Shown one piece after another: positions 62,871-64,000 of a DNA stretch of 64,000 bases. The stretch is from Zygnema circumcarinatum SAG 698-1b (taxonomy: Eukaryota; Plantae; Zygnematophyceae), in NCBI GenBank assembly GCA_037447605.1, contig CM074806.1, positions 1,426,001 to 1,490,000 of the forward strand. The letters are read 5' to 3'. The notes beneath the pieces were generated by a model that did no database searches, was not told the DNA's origin, and was given only the letters and a program-made list of their open reading frames with translations. How positions within the stretch are numbered: position 1 is the stretch's first letter; each line of letters begins with the position of its first letter. Position numbers and translations under genes: made by a program.

Positions 62871-64000
62871 ATATGAGCGAAAGCTATGCCTAGACAACAA
62901 CGCTTCAAGCCCTCCCTCGAAGCAGCCGCGAAGGTCACCGATGTGCGGCACATCGTGCGGAGGACTTTGTTAAAGAATGGCATTCAATGTGTTTCTTAAA
63001 TTGAAGGCCTTCAGGGTGCCGCCCATCAAGAAGCGACGAATGCAATTCAGGAGGCGATAAGCACAGACACTTTTGACGAAACAGCACAGTCAGCTTCCAA
63101 GGCAACCAACCGGAACTTTCATCAGAATAGACCTCACCAAGTCGGCCACCTTCATAAAATTCCTCCTGGAACAACTGGAGGAAGTTGTGGCATTGATCTC
63201 ACGATGGCAATGCCATCTGGAAGGCAAAGATAATTTTTGATTGAACCAAATACATGGCATATAAATTTAGAAAATGAACGAATGTGGTCATATGGGTCAA
63301 CACACGAGGGCGTCTTACGAGATCGGCGCAAACTTATGAAGAAACGGGGCGATTCCAGATCCACCTATTAGTACATCAGAAGGCACGAGCCCTCCAGCCA
63401 AGAGAATTAACACCCATCTATGTCAAACCCATCAGCTAATTGAGACCTTTCAGTGTGAATAGGGCTAATTCTATGACCACCACATTTCGCCACCCACTGA
63501 AGTGGGAAGCAGACTAACGCGCCCTACGAACTGTTGTATGTGCAAGTCGTTTGGAAGGCTCCGCTCCCTCCTCTCGCCGACGACCAGGACATTTGGCGAG
63601 CGCGTTCTGAGCTGTCCCCTGCCTGCTCTCCTTCGCCTGCGGGCCTTCCGGGGCCAAGGGAGGCCCACAGCCACTTGGGGGGCACGCGGAGCCCTTCAGC
63701 GCCTCCCTGCATTTCCCACACCAGCAGTGGAGTCATTTAGACACAGTGGAACGAAGCAAGAAGAGTCAAATGCACCTTGCACTCCTTTAGTTTCCCATAA
63801 TTTATGTGGAAACATGAACATACAAGATCCGAAAACGTCAGTTACATATTCCGCATGGCATTGCGGGGACTCGATTAAAGGAAGCCTCCTCATGATGTGG
63901 GGAATGAAGGGAGCAGGTATCGAGTTGACAGACGTCTCCTTCAAGGCAGGAAGTTATCCAAAACTTCGATCAGTTCAGCAAACCCAACCATTTCCAAAAC

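Overview
Eukaryotic, intron-rich nuclear DNA (GT-AG introns, microsatellites, no operons, no CRISPR, no rRNA or tRNA gene I can support). The gene set (OSCA4-type channel, plastid-targeted type II DHQ synthase homologue, LMBR1, Misato, plastid transit peptides) points to a streptophyte, most like a Klebsormidium-type charophyte alga; this is an inference. I can support 12 complete protein-coding genes plus the last exon of an upstream gene: Misato-like (-), COX15 (+), an aldo-keto reductase with a Tat-like signal (-), LMBR1-domain protein (+), two orphan membrane proteins, RPL32 (-), SF3A1 (+), a large FAN-type GRAM/PH-BEACH gene that appears to end in ARM repeats instead of WD40 (-), DHQS-II (-), OSCA4/CSC1-like (+), and a low-complexity protein with an N-terminal PIP box (-). 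Ten of the genes sit in five head-to-head pairs. The three enlarged intergenic regions hold a 1.09-kb Mutator-like element (255-bp TIRs, perfect 9-bp TSD), a ~580-bp MITE inside a (CATA)n tract, copies of a ~100-bp dispersed repeat, and dense GTAC clusters. Exon boundaries were inferred by hand from splice signals and remembered homology; no searches were run.
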